IMG/VR virus record: IMGVR_UViG_3300023202_000142
Coordinates: 1-64,000 of that record
DNA length: 64,000 nt
Reading direction: 5' to 3' (one strand)
DNA from: a virus
The notes beneath the pieces were generated by a model that was given only the letters and a program-made list of their open reading frames with translations, ran no database searches and had not been told where the DNA came from. Each line of letters starts with the position of its first letter. Within the stretch, counting starts at the first letter, position 1. Made by a program: the position numbers and the translations under genes. Shown here one piece after another: positions 52,991 through 61,591 of this stretch.

Positions 52991-53410
52991 ATGTCAGTCA
53001 GTTTCTGGAGTAACGAAGATGAGACGATCGTGACTGATCGATACGAGTGTTGCAACCACAAGGGTTGCTACCACTGCGACGGCGCAGGCTTCGTCGAATT
53101 CACCGGCAAGCGTCACGAATGCAACATGTCGAACGCATCGGCGCGCCTGGTCCTGGAAGGTCTCGGCCTTTCCGATGTTGACCCGCTTTGCGGCGAGGTC
53201 GTTCCGGCCGAGATGCCGGACCTGATTCGCAAGGGAATGCGATTGTCGGCACTGGAGTCCGAAACCAGCAAGTACACCTACGACGCCTTCGAGGATGGCA
53301 ACGTGGTGGACTGCGGAATGGACGCCGACCGCCTCAAGGGTAACGTCGGGCGCGTCCTGGAGCTTCTCCGGGTCGCCGTCGAGAACAATTGGACCGTCCA
53401 CTACGGATAG
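52991..53410 (+). CDS. hypothetical protein
   Basis: AGGAGGTAGC SD; NMSNASARLVLEGLGL. Confidence 0.65.
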   Translation: MSVSFWSNEDETIVTDRYECCNHKGCYHCDGAGFVEFTGKRHECNMSNASARLVLEGLGLSDVDPLCGEVVPAEMPDLIRKGMRLSALESETSKYTYDAFEDGNVVDCGMDADRLKGNVGRVLELLRVAVENNWTVHYG

Positions 53411-53419
53411 GAGGTAGAG

Positions 53420-53647
53420 ATGTCAGCCCATGAACTACACGAACTACTGGTCAAGGCCGTCGCCTTTGTCCCCGAGGACGAAGGCGGTGACGCCGAAACC
53501 GATGTCACCGTAAGCCTCGAAGATCTCCGAGATCTGATCACGGTCGCCTGGAAGGCCGTTGATGCTGTTGAAAAGGGCGAGCGGGAAACGAGAAAGTACC
53601 GCGAACTCTACCGTGAGTGCGCGCAGCGAGAGCGGTCCAAAGGGTAG
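53420..53647 (+). CDS. hypothetical protein
   Basis: GGAGGTAG SD. Confidence 0.6.
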   Translation: MSAHELHELLVKAVAFVPEDEGGDAETDVTVSLEDLRDLITVAWKAVDAVEKGERETRKYRELYRECAQRERSKG

Positions 53648-53701
53648 ACAAGGGAGTGATCATGGTGCACACTGCGGTCCCTTTCGCACCCGGGTGCAGT
53701 C

Positions 53702-54052
53702 ATGATTCGAGTCTACGTCGCCGGCCCCTACACCGGGGGCAACACCAATGAAAACGTCGCCCACGCCGTGCATTTCGGCTTTGGGCTGCGCGCCATGGAC
53801 GACCGCATCTGCCCTTTCGTTCCGCACCTCTACCACTTCGCGGAACTGCTCGCGGGCGCCCAGGAGTACGACTGGTGGATGCAGATTTGCCTGGAGGAGG
53901 TCCGACGCTCCGACTACCTGATCCGACTGGATGGTGAGTCCAACGGTGCGGACATGGAAATGGAGGAAGCGCTGGTTAACGGCATCCCGGTCCTGGAGGG
54001 CCCGAAATCCCCGCAGGAAGCTCTTCGGTGGCTGATGGAAAAAGCGGGTTGA
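53702..54052 (+). CDS. nucleoside deoxyribosyltransferase-like (DUF4406-type) protein
   Basis: VYVAGPYT...PFVPH...SDYLIRLDGESNGADME...GIPV. Confidence 0.65.
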   Translation: MIRVYVAGPYTGGNTNENVAHAVHFGFGLRAMDDRICPFVPHLYHFAELLAGAQEYDWWMQICLEEVRRSDYLIRLDGESNGADMEMEEALVNGIPVLEGPKSPQEALRWLMEKAG

Positions 54053-54111
54053 CGTTGTGCACAGCGTGCACACATTGATAGTGCCGCGGGCGGTGACCCC
54101 TCGCCTCCGGC
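54048..54111 (+). promoter_or_regulatory. promoter cassette + UTR hairpin
   Basis: TTGACG-TTGTGCACAGCGTGCACA; loop GTGACCCCT; AGGAGGTAGC follows. Confidence 0.75.
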
Positions 54112-54127
54112 CCAGGAGGTAGCCCTG

Positions 54128-55345
54128 ATGGAAAAGACCTGTCCCAGATGCGGTGCCCACGCCGCCTGTCCCGAGGAGATCGACCTCGTGTTCGGGTGGC
54201 GCTACGAAGGTACCACTCCTCAGTCGTGGTGCCACGACTGTCGGACCCGACGCGGTGAGTTCGCTGCTGAGCGAGTCAGCCTGGACGTCGGTGCCCGACT
54301 CGGCGCCACCTACTTCGCCAGCGGCTCGAATCACCCTGGTGAGATTCTCGGTCTCGCCGAGTGCGGGATCGATGTCGGCGTCGCAATTCAGGATCTGCAC
54401 TCCGATGGCGAGGCGGCCATCGCTGAGGCCGTCACCCGCTTCGGCGTCTCGGTCTTTGTCGACTCTGGCGCCTTCTCCGAGGTCAGCTTCGGTCCTGACG
54501 GCCCCTACGTCTCCGACCGGATCCCTGATGACGAGTGGCGGGCTCGCCTCGCGGCCTACGAACGAATCGCGTCAGACATCGGCTCTGCGCTCTTCGCCGT
54601 CGCCCCTGACATGATCGCTCATCAGATCGAAACCCTGGGCCGCATGGAAAAGTTCCGCAACGAAATCCGAGCGGTCGCCGCCCACGGCGCCAACGTTCTC
54701 GTTCCGGTCCAGAAGGGTGAGCTGGCGATGTCGGAGTTCTGGGAACTGGCCACTGAGACCCTTGGGGTCGACGACCCCGTTGCCGCGGTTCCGATGAAAA
54801 AGGACGCCACGACGACCGACGAATTCGCTGAGTTCCTGGCAGCTTGCCGGCCCGGTCGGGTCCACCTGCTCGGTCTGGGGCCCAAATCCTCCCGGTTCCG
54901 GGAAGTGATGGCGGTCGCCCGCTCGGTGAGCCCGGAGACCGAGGTGTTCTGTGACTCCGTTCTCATCACTTCACTGGTCGGCCGAAGCAACGGCCGCGGC
55001 GGCGGACCCCGGCCGTTAACCGCGGCCCATGACGAAGTCGTCGAGTTCGTTGAAGGCGGCGTCTTTGTCGGTGACGTCTCTCCCGCCCTGGACTGGACGG
55101 AGATGGCGACCCGCCCGAGTTACTGGGTGTCAGCAACCGGCCTGAAACGAGTTGCCCGCTTTGCTGGTCTCACCGGTTCCACCCGAGCCGCCTTTCTCAA
55201 GGATCCCGATGAATGGGTTGAAGAGAACTGGGAGAACCCGCTGGTCGAGGTCGCCCTGGAGGCCGAGTGGGCCAAGTGGGCCAAGGGTTCCGGTTCCACT
55301 CGGTTCCGTAAGCGAGAGTCGCTCAAGGCGCTGTTCATGGTCTGA
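54128..55345 (+). CDS. Zn-module + tRNA-guanine transglycosylase / DpdA-like protein
   Basis: VFVDSGAFSE, VAPDMI...ETL, VPVQKG, RVHLLGLG, CDS: TGT-fold motifs; N-terminal CPRC...QSWCHDC. Confidence 0.65.
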   Translation: MEKTCPRCGAHAACPEEIDLVFGWRYEGTTPQSWCHDCRTRRGEFAAERVSLDVGARLGATYFASGSNHPGEILGLAECGIDVGVAIQDLHSDGEAAIAEAVTRFGVSVFVDSGAFSEVSFGPDGPYVSDRIPDDEWRARLAAYERIASDIGSALFAVAPDMIAHQIETLGRMEKFRNEIRAVAAHGANVLVPVQKGELAMSEFWELATETLGVDDPVAAVPMKKDATTTDEFAEFLAACRPGRVHLLGLGPKSSRFREVMAVARSVSPETEVFCDSVLITSLVGRSNGRGGGPRPLTAAHDEVVEFVEGGVFVGDVSPALDWTEMATRPSYWVSATGLKRVARFAGLTGSTRAAFLKDPDEWVEENWENPLVEVALEAEWAKWAKGSGSTRFRKRESLKALFMV

Positions 55346-55384
55346 GCGTTGACACCCCTACCAAGGATGTGAATCATGTGCACA

Positions 55385-55636
55385 ATGACTGACGATGAAA
55401 TCGCCGAGACGCTCCGAGGCGCCCTCGCTAGACTCAGTGACGGGTCGGGCTCCGAGGGCATGGTCGAAGACCTCGACCCCGCTTCCGTGGAGTTGAACCG
55501 GGCCTCGGTGAGGACCGGAGACATCTATTACCGAGACGCCTCTCGATCGATCGACAAAGCCATGTTGCTCATCGAGAACGAAGACTACGATGGCGCCGTC
55601 GTCGAACTGGATGTCGCGTTGAGTTTCGTTTCATGA
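55385..55636 (+). CDS. hypothetical protein
   Basis: TTGACA-17-AATCAT-GTGCACA-ATG. Confidence 0.6.
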   Translation: MTDDEIAETLRGALARLSDGSGSEGMVEDLDPASVELNRASVRTGDIYYRDASRSIDKAMLLIENEDYDGAVVELDVALSFVS

Positions 55637-55884
55637 AGATACCTTGTGAAAAGTGCTTCAAGCTGTATCGGGCAGACGAACATGACGTCTGTCCGAACTG
55701 TAAAGGGCATGGCGTGCCGATGACGACCGAGGATGTTGTCAGAGCCCACTGCTACGCCAACCAGGTCAGGCTCGTTTCGCTGGATTTCCTGCTAGAACTG
55801 TTCGGCGAAGCAGGTCTCATCGTATGCGGTGATGATGGGCTGACCGTCACAGTCTGGCGACCGGATACAGGAGAAAAGAAGTGA
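55633..55884 (+). CDS. Zn-ribbon hypothetical protein
   Basis: CEKC...CPNC. Confidence 0.55.
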   Translation: MKIPCEKCFKLYRADEHDVCPNCKGHGVPMTTEDVVRAHCYANQVRLVSLDFLLELFGEAGLIVCGDDGLTVTVWRPDTGEKK

Positions 55885-56483
55885 GTTCTACCGCTGACCA
55901 TTTCCGCGAAGGGGCCCCCGATTTTTACCCGACCCCGCTATGGTGCGTCGATCGGCTATTTGACGCCTTCGAACCGCCCGAGGGGAAGTGGCTGGAACCC
56001 GGGGCAGGCAACGGTCAGATTATCCGAGCTGCATCTCACCACGGATTCTTCCCCGACTGGACAGCCATCGAACTACAGCCCGAACTGGAAACGAACCTGT
56101 TGCAGGTCCTGCCCCCTGAGTCCGTGCTGTGTCCGCAGGATTTCTTCGAGATCAATCCGTTGGGTCGATTTGATCTCGCTATCGGCAACCCGCCGTTCAA
56201 CCTGGCAATGCAGTTCATCGAGAAGTGCCTCGACGTCGCTTACACTACCGCATTCTTGCTACGCCTGAACTTCCTCGGCACCGCGAAGCGCGCCCCGTTC
56301 TTCCATGATCGAATGCCAGATGTCTACATCCTGCCGGACCGGCCGAGCTTCAAAGGCGGCCGGCGCGACTCAATCGAGTATGCCTGGTTCGTCTGGAGGT
56401 CGGGCGTCTACCGAACCTGGGGGCGTACCGTCGTGTTACCCACCACACCCCTGAAAGTCCGTAAGGAACGAAACCATGTCTGA
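55881..56483 (+). CDS. amino (m6A/m4C) DNA methyltransferase
   Basis: DFYPTP, LEPGAGNG (motif I), IGNPPF (motif IV), LLRLNFL. Confidence 0.85.
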   Translation: MSSTADHFREGAPDFYPTPLWCVDRLFDAFEPPEGKWLEPGAGNGQIIRAASHHGFFPDWTAIELQPELETNLLQVLPPESVLCPQDFFEINPLGRFDLAIGNPPFNLAMQFIEKCLDVAYTTAFLLRLNFLGTAKRAPFFHDRMPDVYILPDRPSFKGGRRDSIEYAWFVWRSGVYRTWGRTVVLPTTPLKVRKERNHV

Positions 56484-57033
56484 CGCCCAGCTCGTTGTAA
56501 TCGTCGGCCCCAGCGGAGTCGGCAAAACCACGTTGACCCAGATCCTCCAGGAGAGGAACGACTGGCCAATCGCAGTCTCTCATACCTCCCGACCGCCCCG
56601 TGACGGCGAGGTCGACGGCGTCGACTACCACTTCGTCCCGAAGCATCACATCCAGGCAGCAATCGAGGATGGCTCCGTAGTGGAATGGGCGGAGTACAAG
56701 GGAAACCTCTACTGTCTCACCGCCGACGAACTGGAGCGCGATGAAATCACCACCGTCGTCGTCGAGAGGGCGGGTCTCGACCATCTCCTGGACCGCTACG
56801 GGCATGAGGGTGTGTTGTCGGTACTGGTGCTGCCTCCGAGCCTGCACGACCTCAGAAAGCGTCTACGCGGCCGTGGGGATGACCCCGAACTGATCGAGAA
56901 GCGCATGAAGACCGCCGTCGAGGAGTGCGCGCTGGATCGCGAGTTCGCCCTCCTCGTCGTCAACGGTGACGAGTATGAGGCGGCCAGCCGGATCGCAGGT
57001 GTCGCGGAGTGGAAGTACGAACCGTGCTTCTGA
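56476..57033 (+). CDS. gmk: guanylate kinase
   Basis: GPSGVGKTT, SHTSRPPRDGEVDGVDYHFV, VLPPSL..LRKRL.GRG. Confidence 0.9.
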   Translation: MSDAQLVVIVGPSGVGKTTLTQILQERNDWPIAVSHTSRPPRDGEVDGVDYHFVPKHHIQAAIEDGSVVEWAEYKGNLYCLTADELERDEITTVVVERAGLDHLLDRYGHEGVLSVLVLPPSLHDLRKRLRGRGDDPELIEKRMKTAVEECALDREFALLVVNGDEYEAASRIAGVAEWKYEPCF

Positions 57034-57058
57034 CTGCGTCCCGGTGTAGGCTGCGCTC

Positions 57059-57664
57059 ATGGCTATCCGGTACAAAACTCGACGGGTGGAATACGGGCAC
57101 TACGAAATCCGTGCCTACGACGGCCGCAAGCGCATCGGTCGCATCGTGATCATGAACCTGGGGAAGCTGGCAAGCGTTGAGGCCGTCCGGGTCGCTGACG
57201 AATACCAGCGTCAAGGGATCGCCACTGAACTCTACTTGATGGCGGCCAAGGTCTCCTGCAAAGAATTCGGTAAGCCGCTTGCGTCAGCGAACTGGGGATC
57301 TATCCCCGCCGCCAAAGGGGTGTGGCGAAAGCTTGTATCGAAGGGCAAGGCGAAGCGCTACACTCAGAAGAAACACCACAAGGACATACAGGGTTACCTG
57401 ATTCCCTGCAGGGGCGTCGAGATCCCCGACGGTGTCGTCATCGAGTCGCTCGTCGAGTACATCGATCACCTCCTAGAAGCTGAGGGCTCCCTGGTAGACA
57501 TGGCACGTGACCGTGCGCGCGGGGATGCTCCGGCGGGGTCAGGCAAGGCCGACTACTTGCCCGATGAGCCCGAGGAAGAGCCCGAGGAAGAGCCCGAGGA
57601 AGAGCCCGCCCAGCCCGGCACCGATGCGACCACCGCTGGTGTCCCGGGTGTCGGTGTCGACTAA
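57059..57664 (+). CDS. GNAT acetyltransferase with internal CTS-like motif and acidic tail
   Basis: VRVADEYQRQGIATELY (acetyl-CoA motif A); LVEYIDHLLEA; EPEE repeats. Confidence 0.75.
   Translation: MAIRYKTRRVEYGHYEIRAYDGRKRIGRIVIMNLGKLASVEAVRVADEYQRQGIATELYLMAAKVSCKEFGKPLASANWGSIPAAKGVWRKLVSKGKAKRYTQKKHHKDIQGYLIPCRGVEIPDGVVIESLVEYIDHLLEAEGSLVDMARDRARGDAPAGSGKADYLPDEPEEEPEEEPEEEPAQPGTDATTAGVPGVGVD
57566..57608 (+). repeat. 12-bp coding tandem repeat x3.6
   Basis: GAGCCCGAGGAA x3 + GAGCCCG. Confidence 0.9.
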
Positions 57665-57730
57665 GGGTTGACCTCCTGGTCAATCGAGGCTTACTGTGCG
57701 CGGACTTCACAATCCAGTACAGGAGTCAAG

Positions 57731-58582
57731 ATGCCAGAAATGAGAATCCAGGTGCTCGACGGCGGGTTCGTCGAACTCATCGACATCATGGGCGACGACC
57801 GCGCGATCGAAGAGGCGGCCCGGGTGTCCTACAAGGGCACCCGCGACGAGGAGCGAGATCCCAAGCAGACCAGGGGGTTGATCCGGTATCTGATGCGCAA
57901 CCGTCACACCTCACCCTTCGAGATGGTGTCGTTCAAGTTCGCCTGCAGGATGCCGATGTTCGTGGCCCGGCAATGGGTCCGCCACCGCACCGCGAGTCTG
58001 AATGAAATCAGCGGAAGGTATGCCGAACTGCCGGCCGACTACTACGTTCCCGCGCCCGAGCGCGTGACGTTCCAGTCCAGGTCCAACAAGCAGGGCTCGT
58101 CGGACGAACAGCTCGAAGAGCCAGCCGAATGGATTGAAGAGTTCGACACCGAAGCCATCAGTGCGTTCGAGTTGTACCAGGAGCGCCTCGAAGCCGGGAT
58201 GGCCAAGGAGTTGGCGCGCATCAATCTACCGTTGTCGACATACACTGAGTGGGTCTGGAAGATGGACCTCCACAACCTGTTCCACTTCCTCAATCTCAGG
58301 CTGCATCCTCACGCCCAGCACGAGATTCGGGTCTACGCCAAGGCTATCGCGGAGTTCGTCAAGCAAGCGGTCCCGGTCTCCTGGGGCGCATTCGAGGACT
58401 ACGTGCTCAACGCCATCCATCTCACCTACCCCGAGCAGGTCGCGATTCGGCAAATGCAGGAACCAGTTGAAGCTAACTTCGAGGATGCCTGCAAGGCCGC
58501 TGAGCTGAGCGGACGTGAGCAGCGCGAGTTGCGCGAAAAGCTCGATGTTCTGGAGATCGGCAGGGTCGAGATCCCTTTCTGA
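57731..58582 (+). CDS. thyX: flavin-dependent thymidylate synthase
   Basis: HTSPFE, PMFVARQWVRHRTASLNEISGRY, HAQHEIR. Confidence 0.95.
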   Translation: MPEMRIQVLDGGFVELIDIMGDDRAIEEAARVSYKGTRDEERDPKQTRGLIRYLMRNRHTSPFEMVSFKFACRMPMFVARQWVRHRTASLNEISGRYAELPADYYVPAPERVTFQSRSNKQGSSDEQLEEPAEWIEEFDTEAISAFELYQERLEAGMAKELARINLPLSTYTEWVWKMDLHNLFHFLNLRLHPHAQHEIRVYAKAIAEFVKQAVPVSWGAFEDYVLNAIHLTYPEQVAIRQMQEPVEANFEDACKAAELSGREQRELREKLDVLEIGRVEIPF

Positions 58583-58622
58583 ACTCGATGCATCTAAGCT
58601 CTAGTTCGGCTACGCTGAGGTT

Positions 58623-59078
58623 ATGACAGAAGAAACCGTCAATCTCGCTGACATTGTCCAGTTCGCCTCGCAGCACTGGGTAGAACTGGGCACCGGGGCC
58701 GCAGCGGTGACCGCTACAATCTTCCTGGTCGAACTGGGTAAGGGCTGGTTGAAGCTGTGGGTCGCGGATCGTGGCTACTCCGAGCAGTTCGAGGAGAACG
58801 CCGTCCGAACCCTGGTCTTTGCGCTGTCGGTGCCAGTCGCCTGGCTCCTCGAATTCGGCAAGACCTGGGAGTCGTTCTTCGGTAGACCCATGGGCACCGG
58901 CGCCGAGCTGTTCGTTGGCGGAGCCATCACAGCGATCATTAGCATCGTGGTTTACCTGTTCATCCACCGCATTGAACCGATCGAGGTAGCCAGACTGAAG
59001 CTCTACAAGTGGCTGAAGGTCAGCCCCGGCGAAATCGAGAAGGCCCGAAACAACCGACGCGACCAAAAAGGTTCTTGA
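58623..59078 (+). CDS. membrane protein, holin-like (putative)
   Basis: three hydrophobic segments, basic C-terminus. Confidence 0.45.
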   Translation: MTEETVNLADIVQFASQHWVELGTGAAAVTATIFLVELGKGWLKLWVADRGYSEQFEENAVRTLVFALSVPVAWLLEFGKTWESFFGRPMGTGAELFVGGAITAIISIVVYLFIHRIEPIEVARLKLYKWLKVSPGEIEKARNNRRDQKGS

Positions 59079-59244
59079 CCGCATCGCGACCCCGTCGCTA
59101 CAGTCGTCGTCACGGGATGCGACCGGCCACCTTGGAACGAAAACATGATGCAATCATTGCCCAGTCAGATTTGCTCCTCGCTGCTTCCGAGCAGCCACTG
59201 GAGGCGTCTGCGCTGAGCGACTGAATACATCGTTCAAGCCGAAG

Positions 59245-59303
59245 AAGCCTCCAGTCACTGACTGGGGGCTTTTTTCGTTTGGGTCTTTGACAACTGAAGA
59301 TGA
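59245..59303 (+). promoter_or_regulatory. hairpin + U-tract followed by rrn boxA-like leader
   Basis: 12-bp stem 59245-59271, T-run, then GGGTCTTTGACAACTGAAGATGA. Confidence 0.65.
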
Positions 59304-59308
59304 TGTAA

Positions 59309-59382
59309 GCCCGGGTAGGCTAACTGGCAACGCCGCGGTCCTAAGAAGGCCGTGAGTGTGGGTTCGACTCCCACCCCGGGTA
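59309..59382 (+). tRNA. tRNA-Leu(AAG), short variable arm
   Basis: cloverleaf; CGGTC-CTAAGAA-GGCCG; no CCA. Confidence 0.75.
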
Positions 59383-59384
59383 CT

Positions 59385-59456
59385 GCTCCCGTACCCCAAC
59401 GGCAGAGGAGCGGCCTTAAAAGCCGTCGAGTCCGGGTTCGATCCCCGGCGGGAGCA
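59385..59456 (+). tRNA. tRNA-Leu(TAA), short variable arm
   Basis: GCGGC-CTTAAAA-GCCGT. Confidence 0.8.
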
Positions 59457-59458
59457 TG

Positions 59459-59531
59459 GCGCCCATAGGCCAACAGGAAGAGCCGCGTGGTTCAAACCCC
59501 GTGGGTCCAGGTTCGATCCCTGGTGGGCGCA
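59459..59531 (+). tRNA. tRNA-Leu(CAA), short variable arm, imperfect anticodon stem
   Basis: CGTGG-TTCAAAC-CCCG. Confidence 0.7.
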
Positions 59532-59535
59532 TGAT

Positions 59536-59621
59536 GGAGGGTTGGCAGAGCGGTAATGCATCGGTCTTGAAAACCGACGAGTCCCTGACGGGGCGCGAGG
59601 GTTCGATCCCCTCACCCTCCT
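59536..59621 (+). tRNA. tRNA-Ser(TGA)
   Basis: TCGGT-CTTGAAA-ACCGA; long variable arm. Confidence 0.9.
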
Positions 59622-59625
59622 CTGA

Positions 59626-59697
59626 CTGGGTGTGGGCCAGTGGTTGGCCACTTGCTTTGGGAGCAAGGTTACGGGGGTTCGAATCCCTCCACCCAGA
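59626..59697 (+). tRNA. tRNA-Pro(TGG)
   Basis: CTTGC-TTTGGGA-GCAAG. Confidence 0.9.
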
Positions 59698-59770
59698 TGA
59701 CCTGTAGCTCAATTGGCAGAGCACTGCACTTTGACTGCAGTGGTTCGAGGTTCGAATCCTCGCAGGTCAA
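59698..59770 (+). tRNA. tRNA-Gln(TTG)
   Basis: CTGCA-CTTTGAC-TGCAG. Confidence 0.92.
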
Positions 59771-59773
59771 TGC

Positions 59774-59844
59774 GGCGACGTGTGCGAGTGGTTAGCGCTC
59801 GGATTGCAAACCCGAGGACGCGGGTTCGAGTCCCGCCGTCGCCT
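59774..59844 (+). tRNA. tRNA-Cys(GCA)
   Basis: loop TTGCAAA; U73. Confidence 0.88.
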
Positions 59845-59845
59845 T

Positions 59846-59930
59846 GGAGCAGTGGCAGAGTGGCAATGCAGCGGGTTGCTAACCCGTAGGTCGTTTCGAC
59901 GGCCCGGGGGTTCGATCCCCTCCTGCTCCG
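59846..59930 (+). tRNA. tRNA-Ser(GCT)
   Basis: GCGGG-TTGCTAA-CCCGT; long variable arm. Confidence 0.9.
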
Positions 59931-60000
59931 TATCTCACTGAAATCGAGCTGGAATCAGCTCGGAGCTGGCTGCTAGGGTCGGGTAACCCTGGAGGCTCAG

Positions 60001-60273
60001 ATGACTCTGACAGAACACGTGGACCTTCTCCTCGAAGCGCGCATGTCGTCGCGGGAGCAGAAGCTAGTCGGTAACATGTTGGTGGGCATGGAGATGGAAG
60101 AATACGGTGGCAACACCGAGCGCTTCTACCGCTGGATCGAGCGGAAGACGGATGAATTCCTGGAGGAACTCTACGCAAGGCTCGAAGGTAACGTGCGCGA
60201 AGCCGACCGGAAGAGGCTAACATCGCTAAAGGCCAGGGAGTACATTGCATTGCACAACATGGCGCTAACCTAG
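60001..60273 (+). CDS. hypothetical protein with CTS-like leader
   Basis: MTLTEHVDLLLEAR; GGAGG SD. Confidence 0.65.
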   Translation: MTLTEHVDLLLEARMSSREQKLVGNMLVGMEMEEYGGNTERFYRWIERKTDEFLEELYARLEGNVREADRKRLTSLKAREYIALHNMALT

Positions 60274-60282
60274 CCCGCCTCG

Positions 60283-60501
60283 CTAACCGAGGTCTCCGGG
60301 CTCAGCCCCGTCGAGAACTCCGAGGACCAGTCGACGGTATTCGTCTCGGGGGATCTCGATGGCGTCGGCGATGGCATCAAGGATGTCTCCGGGGGTGCAG
60401 CCTGCTCGAAGACGACTGACGATGATAGCACCTCCGACCACGAGTCGGTCGGGATTGACGTACATCTCAAGGGTTGGTTCAGAATCTTGTGCATTGGGCA
60501 T
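60283..60501 (-). CDS. hypothetical protein
   Basis: AGGAG SD. Confidence 0.55.
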   Translation of the reverse strand: MPNAQDSEPTLEMYVNPDRLVVGGAIIVSRLRAGCTPGDILDAIADAIEIPRDEYRRLVLGVLDGAEPGDLG

Positions 60502-60569
60502 CTCCTATCCCCTCCAACTGCGTTTTGATAGTCTGAGGCTGTCCGTAGCTCGACGCAACAGGAGACGCA

Positions 60570-60980
60570 ATGAGAGACATTCTGAACCGCTTACTGAGTA
60601 GACTGCCCCACCAGTGGGCTCGTGATGCCTCGACCGGCCAACACGCCCTCCTGGAGGCTGTGAGCTTCGAATTGCAGCGCATCTATGATCGAATCGGCGG
60701 TCGGCCCGATCAAATCGTGTTCGAACGCGTCGATCTGATGAACCCCTCACCCGACGATGTCCTGGTGTTGACCATGAAGGTCCCGACATCATTCGGGATC
60801 ACGAACTGGATCGACCAGGCGCAACGGATGAGTGATGACCTCAAGGATGCCCTGGGGGTTCGTGAAATCATCGTACTGCCAGACATCGTACACATCGAAA
60901 ACCTGGGTAATCTCGACGCCAACACCGCAAAAGAGCTTGGGAAGCTCAGGAATGTCATCGCGGCACTGAAGGGTGCTTGA
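60570..60980 (+). CDS. hypothetical protein
   Basis: AGGAG SD. Confidence 0.6.
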   Translation: MRDILNRLLSRLPHQWARDASTGQHALLEAVSFELQRIYDRIGGRPDQIVFERVDLMNPSPDDVLVLTMKVPTSFGITNWIDQAQRMSDDLKDALGVREIIVLPDIVHIENLGNLDANTAKELGKLRNVIAALKGA

Positions 60981-61143
60981 CGACCGAATCCAGGTTCAGT
61001 AGGGTTCGTTTTGAAGCAATGCTCACTGCCCGAGAAGGACAGATGCTTTCAACACGGATGGAAACAGGTACGGATAATCGCTGGACCGGGACGCCCCGGG
61101 CCGGAGGCGATGTCGTGTAACTGTTGTTCATCGACATGAGTCT

Positions 61144-61205
61144 AGGCCCGGAGGAAACCCCTCCGGGCCTTTTCTCGTTCTGGGGTCTTTGAAAATTGAA
61201 GATGA
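61144..61205 (+). promoter_or_regulatory. hairpin + U-tract followed by rrn boxA-like leader
   Basis: AGGCCCGGAGG/CCTCCGGGCCT stem, T-run, then GGGTCTTTGAAAATTGAAGATGA. Confidence 0.65.
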
Positions 61206-61209
61206 AAAG

Positions 61210-61281
61210 TGGTCGGTAGCTCAGCGGTAGAGCGTCGGGTTGTTAACCCGAGGGTCGTGGGTTCGAGCCCCACCCGGCCAG
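61210..61281 (+). tRNA. tRNA-Asn(GTT)
   Basis: TCGGG-TTGTTAA-CCCGA. Confidence 0.92.
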
Positions 61282-61285
61282 TTCA

Positions 61286-61358
61286 GCCCCCTTGGCCCAG
61301 TGGCTAGGGCAACCCGTTGTCTGCGGGAAGATCGTCGGTTCGACTCCGACAGGGGGCG
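61286..61358 (+). tRNA. tRNA-Asp(GTC), pyrimidine at 37
   Basis: CCCG-TTGTCTG-CGGG. Confidence 0.8.
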
Positions 61359-61376
61359 CTGGGGGCAACCCCATGA

Positions 61377-61450
61377 AGCGGGATAGAGCAGTCTGGTAGC
61401 TCGTCGGCCTCATAAGCCGAAGGCCGGGGGTTCAAATCCCCCTCCCGCTA
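61377..61450 (+). tRNA. tRNA-Met(CAT), initiator-like body
   Basis: GAGCAGTCTGGTAGCTCG, CTCATAA loop, TTCAAAT T-loop; A1-U72 paired and only two of the three G-C anticodon-stem pairs. Confidence 0.88.
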
Positions 61451-61517
61451 CTGAGTGCGCACATCGACCAAGGCGGTCCTAGATCACGGGTACGCGGGTT
61501 GGTGAAGGCGGCTCAAT

Positions 61518-61591
61518 GCCAGTGTAGCTCAATCAGGCAGAGCAGCTCCCTTGTAAGGAGAAGGCTGGGGGTTCGATTCCCTTCACTGGCT
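61518..61591 (+). tRNA. tRNA-Thr(TGT)
   Basis: CTCC-CTTGTAA-GGAG. Confidence 0.9.

Noticed and set aside
60955-61137. 60-aa minus ORF between 60980 and the second tRNA leader
   Set aside because: No convincing SD, low-complexity translation, overlaps the end of a plus-strand gene; not called.
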